Shown here: piece after piece, positions 9,787 to 19,751 of the stretch
Layout of the letters: the number at the start of each line of letters is the position of its first letter
Position numbering within the stretch: position 1 is the stretch's first letter
Source of the DNA: Candidatus Latescibacterota bacterium
GTDB taxonomy: Bacteria > Latescibacterota > UBA2968 > GCA-2709665
Length of the DNA stretch: 64,000 nucleotides
NCBI GenBank assembly: GCA_965222075.1
Contig: OZ244937.1
Location: forward strand, 4,672,001 to 4,736,000
Direction: 5' to 3'
Notes under the pieces: model-generated
Database searches by the model: none
Told to the model about the DNA's origin: nothing
The model's input: the letters and a program-made list of their open reading frames with translations, nothing else
Position numbers and translations under genes: made by a program

Positions 9787-10620
9787 CTACTTTTCTCCTT
9801 GAACCCAGGGGTGAAACGGGCCGCCGACCGCCGGTTTGAACCGGGTATTCGGCGCCTCCGGATGACATCCCGTTGCCCTGCATCCCATGCCCAGATTCAG
9901 ACGTCTGAGGGAGGTGAGATGCTTCAACGCCGAAATATCGCTGAACGGATTGTTCTCCAGATTCAGATCAATAAGCAATTCCAGGTCCATCAGGGGAGAC
10001 ACATCGCCGATCTGGTTGTTGGACAGATCCAGGTTGATGAGCGAGGTGAGCTTTGCAATCGGCGAGAGATCCCGGATCTGATTGCCCGAAAGATTGAGCA
10101 CTATCAGCACCGGACGCCCGAAGGCCCGGGCGAACCTCTCGAAATCGGAAAAATCCACCCTCCCGTTTCCGTTCAGATCGTATCGGGAATCTTCCGATCC
10201 GAACGCCTCTGCAAACAGCGAAAAATCCGGAAATCCAACCATCCCACTGCCGTCAAAATCCGCGTCCCTCGCCGCCTGCTGGGCCGCTGTAAGCCCCAAA
10301 AATGGCGACAGATCCTGAATCTGATTGTCGGCCAGATCCAGCTGGCTCAACGAGGTAAAATGTTCGATGCCAGTCAGGTCGACAACACTCCGATCGGCCG
10401 CGTCCAGCCACCGCAGCCCGGACACATCCGTCGGCCGGATCTCGCCCGTGGGCCTCGAAATCGCCTCGCGAACGGCTGTTTCTAAGTTCAGATCTCCGAA
10501 CACCACCTGCTGCCGTTCCCTCACCCCGTCTGCCTGAGCCAGAACCGGAACGAACACAGCCCACAGAAGGCCCAGAACCCGAACCGCATGCCGATTTAAT
10601 AATCCGTGCGGAATGCCCAT
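9787..10620 (-). CDS. Internalin-like LRR protein with inserted dockerin/EF-hand pair (C-terminus possibly truncated or chimeric)
   Basis: Signal peptide, FGDLNLETAVR cap, LxxLxLxxNQIxDLSP repeats, and DADFDGSGMVGFPDF / DLNGNGRVDFSDF Ca-binding loops. Confidence 0.75.
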   Translation of the reverse strand: MGIPHGLLNRHAVRVLGLLWAVFVPVLAQADGVRERQQVVFGDLNLETAVREAISRPTGEIRPTDVSGLRWLDAADRSVVDLTGIEHFTSLSQLDLADNQIQDLSPFLGLTAAQQAARDADFDGSGMVGFPDFSLFAEAFGSEDSRYDLNGNGRVDFSDFERFARAFGRPVLIVLNLSGNQIRDLSPIAKLTSLINLDLSNNQIGDVSPLMDLELLIDLNLENNPFSDISALKHLTSLRRLNLGMGCRATGCHPEAPNTRFKPAVGGPFHPWVQGEK

Positions 10621-10630
10621 ATCACCATCC

Positions 10631-13054
10631 TCACAAATCGTACCGGAACAGCGCCTCTTTCTGAACCGACTGGCCGGTGGTCAGATCCGTCACCGTCACC
10701 GTCAGCCGGTTGACCCCGCCCTTGGCCTCCTGCAGGTTCAACTCGAAATACTCCCGCAGATCCGTCTCGGACCGCGCCTGCTCGGTAGACACCGATACCT
10801 CCGGCTCCCGGTTCCTAAGAAAAATCTGCCCCACGCTGGCCAGGAACCGGCCGAACCCCTTGCCCTTCTCCGGCGTGGACTGAATCGTATACTTCAGCCG
10901 GAATTGGCTCTGCCCGAACGCGTCCCGATTCAGATTGTAGATCTCGTAGTACACAAAGGGATTCTGATCCCTTCGGTAGGCCTTGGTGGGCATCGGAATC
11001 ACCCAGAAGTCGCCCTTCCGGTAGCGGTCCGCTCCCCCCTCCGCAGACACCGACCAGCTCAGTACCAGGTCGCTCATCCGCAGGCTGTCAACCCCATAAT
11101 CCGCTACCTCCAGCCGCTCCTTGTAAATTCCGGACCTGCCCGTACGCAGATCCTTGGCCTGCACCCGCAGCTCGTACGTCCCCGGCCGGGCCTCCAGCAG
11201 CAGCTGGTAGGGAATAAATTCTCCCTTTCTCCCGGACAGATCCCCAGACGCGCGGTAGGCCGCCTCCTCATTCTCCTGCAACATTTCCCCGGACGCCGGA
11301 TCGAACAGCGCTGCGGCATATCCCGCCAGCATCCAGGCGCTGTCCCCCTGCGCTGTTTGAGACAGACTTCCGGGCGGCATCCCGTAATAAATCTCCAGGC
11401 GGGTCTTCCCATTGCGCCCCCGGAAATTCGCCCGGTCGTAGTAGAAATCCAGAAACTGCTCCCGCCCCCCGGGCAGGTAGTGCTCCGGCGCCTCCTGCAC
11501 GCTGCGCTTCATCGTCGCCTCGGGCGAATGCTTCACCAGGCGGGCCATCCGGCGCGCCTCATCCGGGTTCGCCAGGTTCGCGGCCGGAATCGGCGCATAG
11601 TCAAACCGCCCGCCCCCTCTCTCGTCTGTAAACACGATCTCGATGCCGCCGGCCACGCCCGTATAAACCCAGGATTCCCACCGGACAAAGGTCAGGTCCA
11701 TCCCGCTGTCCATCCGCAGGCGGTCTTCCGCGAATGGCATCTCGTAGGGTTTCGAGTACACCTGCGCCAGGTACTCTTCATCCGTGGGAGAAAGCTCCTC
11801 AAACTCCAGCATCGGATCGTCTGTGACGTCGATCGACGAGACTTCGCCCTCCGTGAGGCCCGAAACGCCCGGAGGCGCGTACGCCGGAGCATCGATCCCT
11901 GGATTCACCTGCTGCCGGACCGGGTAAACCGGCCCCCGGTGGACCTCTCCGGTCATATCCACGCCATAGATGTCAAACGCGAGCCGCTCCTTGATCTGCT
12001 CCACATCCATGCTCATTGGAGGGGCAACCTTGCCCGCCCGCGACCGGTAGTCGGGCGGCCCGTAGCGGATATAAACCTCCCCCCGCCGGTCCCACGGCTT
12101 TGCCCTTTCCGAAAAATTCGTCCGGGCATACCACACCCGGCGGTAGTGTTCAAGCCGGCGTTCGTTCTCGCGGGTCAACAAATCCGGGTCTCGCGCCGCC
12201 CAGAAGCGCGTCAGAAATTCCCGCCGGGCAGCGCCGTCTCCCTCCGTCTCCCGGTACACGCGCCGCTCCTCTTCCGAAGCGATCAGGCCGATATCCTGGT
12301 AATAGCGCTGCCATTCCTCCAGCGGCAGGTGGGAAAAAAACCGTCCGAAGTACTGCGCGGCCAGGTCCACAGCCCCCCGGTCCAGACACGCCTGCGCCGC
12401 AATTGGAAGCAGATCGACCGGCTCTTCTGAAACAAGCAGACTGTCCACCCTGTTCGCGTCCATCTCCTCCAGCGCCCCGGTCCGGATGTAGGCCGATGCC
12501 AGCGCCCGCAGCACCTCCCGGTCTGTTGTGGGGTCGATCTGTAACGAACGCACGTAGGCCCCCAGGGCCCGCTCGTAGTCCTCTAAAACGTCTAAATGCA
12601 TCCTCCCCAGCAGCCGGTAAGGCCCCTCGAAGTCCGGGTACAGAAGGGCCGCCCGCTCCGCGTGGTAGAGCGTCTGCCGGGTGTAAGCCCCCCGCTCCCA
12701 CACCCCGCCCCCGCTCCAGTAGGAAACCAGCGCCAGGCCGTAGTGCGCCGGGGGAAAGTCCTGCCGGTCTGCAAGTGCTTTCTGGAAAGCCGCCTTCGCA
12801 CCCTCTAAGTCGCCCTGCCGCAACCGGGCGAAGCCGGCAAGCACAACCCGCCCCGCCGCCTGCTCTTCCAGAACCTTGCCGTAGGCCCGCACCGCCCGCC
12901 TCACCTGCCGCTCCCTTTCCCGGGCCATAGCCGCCTCATCGGCCGCTTCACCGCCATCCACTCTCCCCCCGGTCTCCGCATACGATGCCCCCACAGCCAC
13001 CCACCCCGCACAGCCCAGGCAGAAAAGCAGCCTCATAATATCCGTCCGAACCAT
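10631..13054 (-). CDS. GWxTD-domain TPR protein
   Basis: Signal peptide, TPRs, FWAARDPDLLTRENERRLEHYRRVWYA...PWDRRGEVYIRYGPPD. Start could be 13054, 13036 or 13111. Confidence 0.75.
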   Translation of the reverse strand: MVRTDIMRLLFCLGCAGWVAVGASYAETGGRVDGGEAADEAAMARERERQVRRAVRAYGKVLEEQAAGRVVLAGFARLRQGDLEGAKAAFQKALADRQDFPPAHYGLALVSYWSGGGVWERGAYTRQTLYHAERAALLYPDFEGPYRLLGRMHLDVLEDYERALGAYVRSLQIDPTTDREVLRALASAYIRTGALEEMDANRVDSLLVSEEPVDLLPIAAQACLDRGAVDLAAQYFGRFFSHLPLEEWQRYYQDIGLIASEEERRVYRETEGDGAARREFLTRFWAARDPDLLTRENERRLEHYRRVWYARTNFSERAKPWDRRGEVYIRYGPPDYRSRAGKVAPPMSMDVEQIKERLAFDIYGVDMTGEVHRGPVYPVRQQVNPGIDAPAYAPPGVSGLTEGEVSSIDVTDDPMLEFEELSPTDEEYLAQVYSKPYEMPFAEDRLRMDSGMDLTFVRWESWVYTGVAGGIEIVFTDERGGGRFDYAPIPAANLANPDEARRMARLVKHSPEATMKRSVQEAPEHYLPGGREQFLDFYYDRANFRGRNGKTRLEIYYGMPPGSLSQTAQGDSAWMLAGYAAALFDPASGEMLQENEEAAYRASGDLSGRKGEFIPYQLLLEARPGTYELRVQAKDLRTGRSGIYKERLEVADYGVDSLRMSDLVLSWSVSAEGGADRYRKGDFWVIPMPTKAYRRDQNPFVYYEIYNLNRDAFGQSQFRLKYTIQSTPEKGKGFGRFLASVGQIFLRNREPEVSVSTEQARSETDLREYFELNLQEAKGGVNRLTVTVTDLTTGQSVQKEALFRYDL

Positions 13055-13150
13055 CTCGACACCACTCCTGTCTCTGGTAACCGATTCCAATAAAACAGGG
13101 AGGACGATCAACCGACCGCCCCCCCTGTACGCATTCTCAACGCCCCCGTA

Positions 13151-14197
13151 TCAGAACGTGCCGCCCAGCGACACCCGGAGGGGTGAATCGAAGACCCCCT
13201 TCTCTTGGTGGTGGTAGGAGAAATCCAGCGACACCGTCTTGCCCGGCATCACCTTGCGTCTCAGACCCCCCCCCAGGCTCCATTTCTCAAGCTCCATGTG
13301 CGACCGGTAACCGGCCCGCAGAGCGAGCGTATTTTGCAGCCAGACTTCCGCGCCAACCCGGGTCACGGCCCGGTAATCCGTGATAAACGAGTGCTCTACC
13401 GACAGGGTGGCATAACCGGGGTCTCCCTGCCTCCCGAACACCTCCATGGCCCCGGCAAGAGAATATACCGTGGGCATCGAAGAAATCGTGCCGCCCTCCG
13501 TCGTCTTCACATTTGGCCCTAAGTTCTGGAACGCCATCGCAATCCGGACGGTCTTGTACCCGGTGTAAAAGAAAGTACCCACGCTGTAGTCCACCGTGGC
13601 GACCTTCTCAAGGTAGAGGTCCTCCTGCACCCATCGGATCTGTCCGCCCAACATGAACTTATCCGTCATCTGCTTGGCAAACATCGCCCCAATGGCGATA
13701 TCGCCCACCTGTGCGAACGTGCCCGACCCCCACGGCGCCGTGGGCGTGGTCACCTCAAACTTCTCCGCAGCGAAGCTGATCACATTAAACCCGATCACCC
13801 CGAAGCCCGCGTTGAACGCCAGCGCCCCCGACAGGAACTGGGAATTGGCCAGCCAGCGGGTATAATTGATCGCATAGCCCACACGCTCGATGTGTGCAAG
13901 CCCGGCCGGGTTCCAGAACGACGCGGTGATATCGTCCGCAATCGCTGTGTACGCCCCCCCCAGGGCCTCGCCCCGCGCCCCCTGACCGACCCTCAAAGAA
14001 ACAAACTGCGCGAGCCCGACCCGGCTGTCAAAGTAGGCCGAGGCGTCCGTTGGACTCACATGAGGATCGAACAACGAGCCGTCGCGCACCCCCGCCCGCA
14101 CATCCGGCCCCCCCAGGCCCGGCTGCGCTCCCGCCGGAAGCGCGGCCAGGCAGACAGCGGCAAGGGCGATCCCCGGGATCGTCCATTTCCTTTTCAT
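13151..14197 (-). CDS. PorV/PorQ-family (UPF0164) outer-membrane beta-barrel
   Basis: Signal peptide; GQGARGEALGGAYTAIADDITASFWNPAGLA hallmark; amphipathic strands; terminal Phe. Confidence 0.85.
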   Translation of the reverse strand: MKRKWTIPGIALAAVCLAALPAGAQPGLGGPDVRAGVRDGSLFDPHVSPTDASAYFDSRVGLAQFVSLRVGQGARGEALGGAYTAIADDITASFWNPAGLAHIERVGYAINYTRWLANSQFLSGALAFNAGFGVIGFNVISFAAEKFEVTTPTAPWGSGTFAQVGDIAIGAMFAKQMTDKFMLGGQIRWVQEDLYLEKVATVDYSVGTFFYTGYKTVRIAMAFQNLGPNVKTTEGGTISSMPTVYSLAGAMEVFGRQGDPGYATLSVEHSFITDYRAVTRVGAEVWLQNTLALRAGYRSHMELEKWSLGGGLRRKVMPGKTVSLDFSYHHQEKGVFDSPLRVSLGGTF

Positions 14198-14209
14198 AAA
14201 TACCTCTCC

Positions 14210-16594
14210 TTATTTGATAACCACAAATGTGCCGGTCTTGATCTGTCCCAGACTCGCTTCCGAGAGCGAGTGCACAGCGTAGAAATAGATCCCCGCACTC
14301 ACCTCCACCGTCATGGCCGGGTAGGGCCGTCCGTTCCAGGAGATCTCACTTCGAGACGCATCCAGTTTCCGGAGCACCTGCATCAGCTGCCCCGCCGAAT
14401 TAAAGATGTAAACATATGCCTTGGAGGGCACGTTCAGGAACCGGAGCTTGATACTCCCCCCGTACTCGTTCGTGCCGTTGGCCATGTAGGGGTTGGGCAC
14501 CACCACGATATCCCGCTCCATCCGGTCCGCCGCATTCACAAAGGGCAGCACCGGCGATCCCTGCTCTTTCTGGAGAAAGAAAGAATATCCCCCTTCCAGA
14601 CCGGCCTCGAGACTCTTCTGTACCCGGGGCGGAAGGTCCGCAAACGTCTTCGTCCCATCGTTGTTCGTCCAGGTATCGTGCCCCTTCGCGTAGGCCCGAA
14701 CCGAGTACCAGTAGGAGAACCCCGCGTTCGAATTCGGATCGGACCAGGAATAAATGCCCGGCCTCGACGACTCGCGGCCCTCCATGTAATAATCGACCTG
14801 GCCGACCGAGCCGATGCCCGTCTCACTCAAAATATCGTTTGGCCAGGTCGCATTCGGGTTGAATGAAGCGCCGGGCGGAGGGCTGCCCCCCGGCACGTCC
14901 ACGGCCAGAGCTAACGGCCCCACGGCCGTTAGCGTACCCCGCACCCCCCGGTAGACCCGGTACCCGGCGATGTCCTTCTCCCCGTAATCGGGATGCTCCG
15001 CCCCGTCGCTCTGCGCGGACCACAACACCTTAACCTTGGCGTTCTCGTCACTTTGCACAACCAGGTCCACGTCCGGCGGCGCATCCGGCAGGTCGTAGCC
15101 GCTCTGGTAGGCGAACAGCGCGTGCTCCAGGTGCTCCACAATCGCCTGCTCGCCCTCTGCGTGGTCCGCCTTGGTGGCCGTCAGCGCCCACTGCCACGGG
15201 TCAATCGGAGACCCGCCCGGCCCTCCGTATTCCGCCCCTGTACCCGCCACGTACGCCACCACCAGTTTCGCCGTCTCTCCCGCCGGAATCGTATAAGGTC
15301 CGTAAACCTGCGCATTGGTAAACCCGCCCACCTCGGTCGGGTTGCTCTTGGCGGCCGTGTTGGTGAGCATCTCGAAAATCTCCGCAGGCGTGTTCCCCTC
15401 CGCAGTCGGCTCGTCGAAGTCCGTCACCCCGCGCCAGTTCCACCAGTTCACATAGGCCGGCTGCTCCCCAACAGGCTCCACGTATCCCATCGCCCGGTCC
15501 TTCTGGTTGAAAGAGTGAATGCCTGCATCGTTCGCATAAGCCACCGGCGCCATCCCCACAAACGCGGGAGAAGCTAAGAAGTTATTGGGTACGGCCATTA
15601 CCTTCAAACCCGAAATCTCAATATCCTTATTCCAGGGCTCTCCGGTATCGTCGTACCCGGTAAACGGGCTGTTCCCGTCAAACTGGTAGGAAAGCTTCAA
15701 CCCCTTTGCCCGGTCTGCGCCGATAAAAACCGGACCGCCCGGGTTGCCGTTCTGGTAATTGTCCGCGTCCGTGTACTTGAACCAGTCGTCCTGCGTATTC
15801 TGGTGCAATGTCCACCACCGGACGCCCTCCATCCGCTCGCCGAACTCGCTCACATTCCAGGTGGCCAGCAGGGGTACATACACCTCCTCTTTGGTCGCAT
15901 CCCCCGTGTTCTCTAAATACAGCTCTACAATAATGAAATCGTCGAAGTCCTGAAAACTCCAGGTATAGGCTTTCCGGGTAACCGTGATATTCTGGCCGGT
16001 GCGCCACTTGCTGACCACGACCTCCTCGGGAAACGCGTCATCGGGCGTGTAGTCCCCCACGCGCCAGTTCCAGATTTTCCGAGGCGTCGCCCGCTCCGTT
16101 TCTCCCGGCACGTTTGCCCCAGGCCAGTAATTGCTCGACTCCGCCCCGAACGCCCCGCGCTCCTGCGCCCAGATCGTGGTCACCCCCAGGTGGCCCTCCG
16201 GGCCCTGGGAAGGGTCATAGACCATATCCACGATATCGTCGCTTTTGCTGCGAGGGCCCGACCACGACAGGTTGAAAGCGCCCCCTTCCAGCGACAGGAG
16301 CCAGGTTCCGAACGCGACCGCGTTGCCCCCCTTCCGGGTGTAATTGGAATAAGCGTTGGTGCTGGGCAGCGCATTCCACCCGGGGTACATGAACATATCC
16401 GGCTCGTTCGTAACCGACCTGCCTGCGTTCCACCCCGCCATCGTACCCGAATTATACCAGGACAGGATGATCCATCCCCGACCGGACTGGATGCGGGGAG
16501 AATCATCGTGCTCGGTCTGCCCCCCCGCATCCTGTGCCAGGAAGGGGAGGATGCACAACGCAAGAAGACAAGGTACAAGCTTCATGCCTTTCAT
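14210..16594 (-). CDS. Exported protein with T9SS-CTD-like C-terminal domain
   Basis: Signal peptide; FN3-like GYRVYR segment; C-terminal IVVVPNPY...FLNVP...YIFNSAGQL...WNG...SAGIYFY...GTFVVIK. Confidence 0.75.
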   Translation of the reverse strand: MKGMKLVPCLLALCILPFLAQDAGGQTEHDDSPRIQSGRGWIILSWYNSGTMAGWNAGRSVTNEPDMFMYPGWNALPSTNAYSNYTRKGGNAVAFGTWLLSLEGGAFNLSWSGPRSKSDDIVDMVYDPSQGPEGHLGVTTIWAQERGAFGAESSNYWPGANVPGETERATPRKIWNWRVGDYTPDDAFPEEVVVSKWRTGQNITVTRKAYTWSFQDFDDFIIVELYLENTGDATKEEVYVPLLATWNVSEFGERMEGVRWWTLHQNTQDDWFKYTDADNYQNGNPGGPVFIGADRAKGLKLSYQFDGNSPFTGYDDTGEPWNKDIEISGLKVMAVPNNFLASPAFVGMAPVAYANDAGIHSFNQKDRAMGYVEPVGEQPAYVNWWNWRGVTDFDEPTAEGNTPAEIFEMLTNTAAKSNPTEVGGFTNAQVYGPYTIPAGETAKLVVAYVAGTGAEYGGPGGSPIDPWQWALTATKADHAEGEQAIVEHLEHALFAYQSGYDLPDAPPDVDLVVQSDENAKVKVLWSAQSDGAEHPDYGEKDIAGYRVYRGVRGTLTAVGPLALAVDVPGGSPPPGASFNPNATWPNDILSETGIGSVGQVDYYMEGRESSRPGIYSWSDPNSNAGFSYWYSVRAYAKGHDTWTNNDGTKTFADLPPRVQKSLEAGLEGGYSFFLQKEQGSPVLPFVNAADRMERDIVVVPNPYMANGTNEYGGSIKLRFLNVPSKAYVYIFNSAGQLMQVLRKLDASRSEISWNGRPYPAMTVEVSAGIYFYAVHSLSEASLGQIKTGTFVVIK

Positions 16595-16619
16595 AATTCC
16601 CTTCCTTATTTTTGAGAGA

Positions 16620-16640
16620 GGCGGGCAGCCCTGCCCGCCC
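16620..16640. other. Intergenic stem-loop between the TBDR and CTD-protein genes
   Basis: GGCGGGCAG...CTGCCCGCC inverted repeat with no U-tract; possible mRNA stabiliser or processing site. Confidence 0.4.
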
Positions 16641-16663
16641 CAATGCCTCCGTTCAGACGACCG

Positions 16664-19600
16664 CTAGAAGTTGACTTTAAACCCCACGCCAACCTCCCGG
16701 GGCCTGCCCGCGTAAAGCGTCAGCTCTCTGTAATTCCCATAAGTCTCGTAATTGACATCGTTCGGCCTGGGCAGGAGCAGCCCCCACCGGACGTAGTCGG
16801 GGTAGTTGCCCGGATTCACGCTGTCGCGCTGGTTGAACAGGTTGGTCACCTCCACGTAGAAAATCGCGTCCCGGCTGCCGCTGCTCACCAGCGTCTTCTC
16901 CGCCTGCAGGTCCGCCCAAGTGCGGAGCGGCTTGTGCCGCTTCTCCACCTGCTTGCCCGGCGGCGTGTAATTCACCGGCAGCCCGCTCTGGATGCGCCAG
17001 ACCAGGTTCGCCCGCAACCCGCCGATAACGTGGAACCCACGCAGCCCGGGCCCGAAGTCCTTCGGGCTGTCATAATAAAGCGACAGGCTCGCCTGCGTCC
17101 GGCGGTCCTGGCTCTTGGGATTGTTCAACCCCCTGGCGCCCCACGTTGCCCAGTGCGCCCCCCGGAACCCTTCCGGTGCGCCGAAGGCCTTCTGCAGGTC
17201 CAGGAAATCCAGCATCATAAACTCGTGGAAGTCCGTGATCCCCCTCGCACGGCTCCGCCACCACGAATTAATCGTGCTGCCCATCTTCTCCCGTTCCGCG
17301 GGCGTGAAATGCTTGGGCACGTACTGCGTCCCGTTCCACTCCCAGTCGTGGTACTGGTCGGAGGCCACATACGCCGAATCGGGATAGTTCAGGACCCCGT
17401 GCGGACCGAACTTCTGCCAGGACGCCCACCCGAAGTTGATCGCCGCATTGAAAGAGAACAGGTGACTGAATCCCTTCCGCACGTGGAGTTCTACACCCTT
17501 CATATCCTGCTGCGAGTTGGGCCGTACGCCCCACACCCACGTCGACCTGGCCTCGGGCGCGTAAAAGTAGAAGCTGGACCCCCTGTAGTGACCGATCTGG
17601 CTTTTGAAGTAGGCCGCAACGCCCACGATATAATCGGCCGTAAAGTTCCAGTCCGCCCCCGCTTCGTAGGCTCTCGTCCGCACGAACTTAACCCAGGGTC
17701 CCATCGCCCGGTTCTGAGCGCGCAGCCCGTTGAACGCGTCCCACGGCTCGTGCTCATCCGGACCGCTGGCCAGCCACCGCTCCTGGAACACTTCATCGAG
17801 ATTGAACATTCGGGTGTAAAGACCGGCCGTAAAGTGGAAAGCGGACCGGTCGGTAATCGGGTGTGAAATCCCAAACCTCGGGCTGATTACGCCCGTCCAC
17901 ACGGGATCGATCGTGGGCATGTCCTGCTTCTTGTTCAGCCAGCGGTACTGCGGCGTCTGCAGCAGGTTAAGGGTATAGAATCGGGTGTTGGAGTAGAACG
18001 CATCCAGCCGCACCCCGGCGTTGAGGACCATCCCCTCGAACTCCATCTTGTCCTGAACGTAAAATGCCATCTGGATCGGATGGATCGGCGCGTTGACGTT
18101 TGGCAAATTGCCCGGCTCGTTAACATAATAGACCTGCCGGCTGGACGCTGTAGGGGCTATATACCGGTAATAATACAGATCATACCGGATAAGCTCCAAC
18201 CCGGTCTTGACGAAGTGCCCCTTCGTCACCTGGCTGGACAGGTCCGCTTTCAGACTCAGCCGGGTACGTTCGGCCAGGGTAAAGTCTACGCCCGTGGCCG
18301 GCCTCACGTTGAACCACGCGTCTAAGTCCTTCTCCGCAAAGGTGGGGACCGGGAACCCGAACTGATCCCGCTTGTTCGTGATATTCATCGTGTCTTCCAC
18401 CGTTGAATAGCGCGCCAGCTTCACCTCGTAAAACATCTTCGGGCTAATGGTGTGGGTCAAAAGCCCGTAGGTAATATTGTCCGTAATTCTGGCCTCCCCC
18501 GCGCCCGACCCGTCGGGCAGGAACACGTTCCGGCCGTTCGACGACAGGTTCCGACTCACATTGGTGCCCCTATTGAACCCTTCGGCCACGGAGTAGACCT
18601 CACCCACAGAAATCTTCAGGTTCGGGGCGGGGCGAAAGGTCAGCTTCAAATTGCCCCGGATGTCGAAAGGCGTATGCAAATCCGCAGCGATCAGCTGGTT
18701 GGGCTGCTTCGTCCATCGGGCCGTGCCGAAAAAACTCGCCCGGTCTCCCACAGGACCGGACAGGCCCCCTTCGATATACGATCCCTTGGCGTCCGTGTAC
18801 TCCACCTCCCGGTGCGCTAGCCCGATCTGGTCGTCCGCCGTGCCCTCCACGCCGTCCTCACCCGGATCCAGGACGACCGTCTCGGCCCGCCACTCACTGT
18901 CGTCCCACTGCATCTTACCCCGGTGGAAGGCGCTGTGGTAGATATTTCCCCCCCAGTGCCGCTTGCCCGGAGGCGTGTACCGGAGATCCGCCCAGCCCCG
19001 GAAATTCTTGCCCCCGTCCTTGGTTACCACGCTAATCGCTCCGGACTCCAGGTTGCCGTACTCGGCGCTGGCGCCCCCGGAGATCACCGTGATCTCCTGA
19101 ATGGCCGTCTTGTTGACCCCCCGAAACTGCCGGCCGTACACGTCGTTATTCTGCAGACGGATCCCATCCACAAGGAACGCCTCTTCCCGGGAATCGCCGC
19201 CCCGAATGATGCCGGCGTTGGTCAGGTTCACTCCCGGTTGCAGCGTCACCAGGTCTTCCACGGATCGCGCCATCGGCAGCGCCCCGATTTGTTCTGCGGA
19301 CATCACATAGTGGCTCGTCGTCTTGTCCGGTTCCACAGGCGGCCGCTCCGCCGTCACCACCAACTCCTCAGCTTCGATAGCCGTCTCCTTCAGCTGGAAG
19401 TTCAACGTCGTCGTGAAATCCGCCTGGATCCGCACACCTGTCTTGGTCACCGCGTTGTACCCGATCAGCGACGCCATGAGGGTGTACATCCCCGGATCGA
19501 TCGACAGAATCAGATAATACCCTTCCCCATCGGTTACCGTCCCCCGCCGGGTGCCCTCGATCACCACGCTTACACCCGGCAGCGGGTCCCCGCTGGACGC

Positions 19601-19720
19601 ATCCGTCACCCGACCGGTGAGCTTCCCGGTTGTGCCCGCAAACGTCCCGTCGTACACCGACATGCCCAGCAACAGCGCAAGCACAACCGGCGCAATCCAG
19701 AACAAACGGTATATCTTCAT
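16664..19720 (-). CDS. TonB-dependent receptor with N-terminal carboxypeptidase regulatory-like domain
   Basis: GTTGKLTGRVTDASSGDPLPGVSV, plug IRGG...AFLVDG and SGGASAEYGN; terminal VGFKVNF. Confidence 0.9.
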   Translation of the reverse strand: MKIYRLFWIAPVVLALLLGMSVYDGTFAGTTGKLTGRVTDASSGDPLPGVSVVIEGTRRGTVTDGEGYYLILSIDPGMYTLMASLIGYNAVTKTGVRIQADFTTTLNFQLKETAIEAEELVVTAERPPVEPDKTTSHYVMSAEQIGALPMARSVEDLVTLQPGVNLTNAGIIRGGDSREEAFLVDGIRLQNNDVYGRQFRGVNKTAIQEITVISGGASAEYGNLESGAISVVTKDGGKNFRGWADLRYTPPGKRHWGGNIYHSAFHRGKMQWDDSEWRAETVVLDPGEDGVEGTADDQIGLAHREVEYTDAKGSYIEGGLSGPVGDRASFFGTARWTKQPNQLIAADLHTPFDIRGNLKLTFRPAPNLKISVGEVYSVAEGFNRGTNVSRNLSSNGRNVFLPDGSGAGEARITDNITYGLLTHTISPKMFYEVKLARYSTVEDTMNITNKRDQFGFPVPTFAEKDLDAWFNVRPATGVDFTLAERTRLSLKADLSSQVTKGHFVKTGLELIRYDLYYYRYIAPTASSRQVYYVNEPGNLPNVNAPIHPIQMAFYVQDKMEFEGMVLNAGVRLDAFYSNTRFYTLNLLQTPQYRWLNKKQDMPTIDPVWTGVISPRFGISHPITDRSAFHFTAGLYTRMFNLDEVFQERWLASGPDEHEPWDAFNGLRAQNRAMGPWVKFVRTRAYEAGADWNFTADYIVGVAAYFKSQIGHYRGSSFYFYAPEARSTWVWGVRPNSQQDMKGVELHVRKGFSHLFSFNAAINFGWASWQKFGPHGVLNYPDSAYVASDQYHDWEWNGTQYVPKHFTPAEREKMGSTINSWWRSRARGITDFHEFMMLDFLDLQKAFGAPEGFRGAHWATWGARGLNNPKSQDRRTQASLSLYYDSPKDFGPGLRGFHVIGGLRANLVWRIQSGLPVNYTPPGKQVEKRHKPLRTWADLQAEKTLVSSGSRDAIFYVEVTNLFNQRDSVNPGNYPDYVRWGLLLPRPNDVNYETYGNYRELTLYAGRPREVGVGFKVNF

Positions 19721-19751
19721 CGAAGACCTCCTCTATACAAACAGCGGGAAC

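Noticed and set aside
10613-12430. 605-aa plus-strand ORF and many similar long antisense ORFs across the window
   Set aside because: Shadow frames of GC-rich genes with no motifs; they overlap well-supported CDSs.
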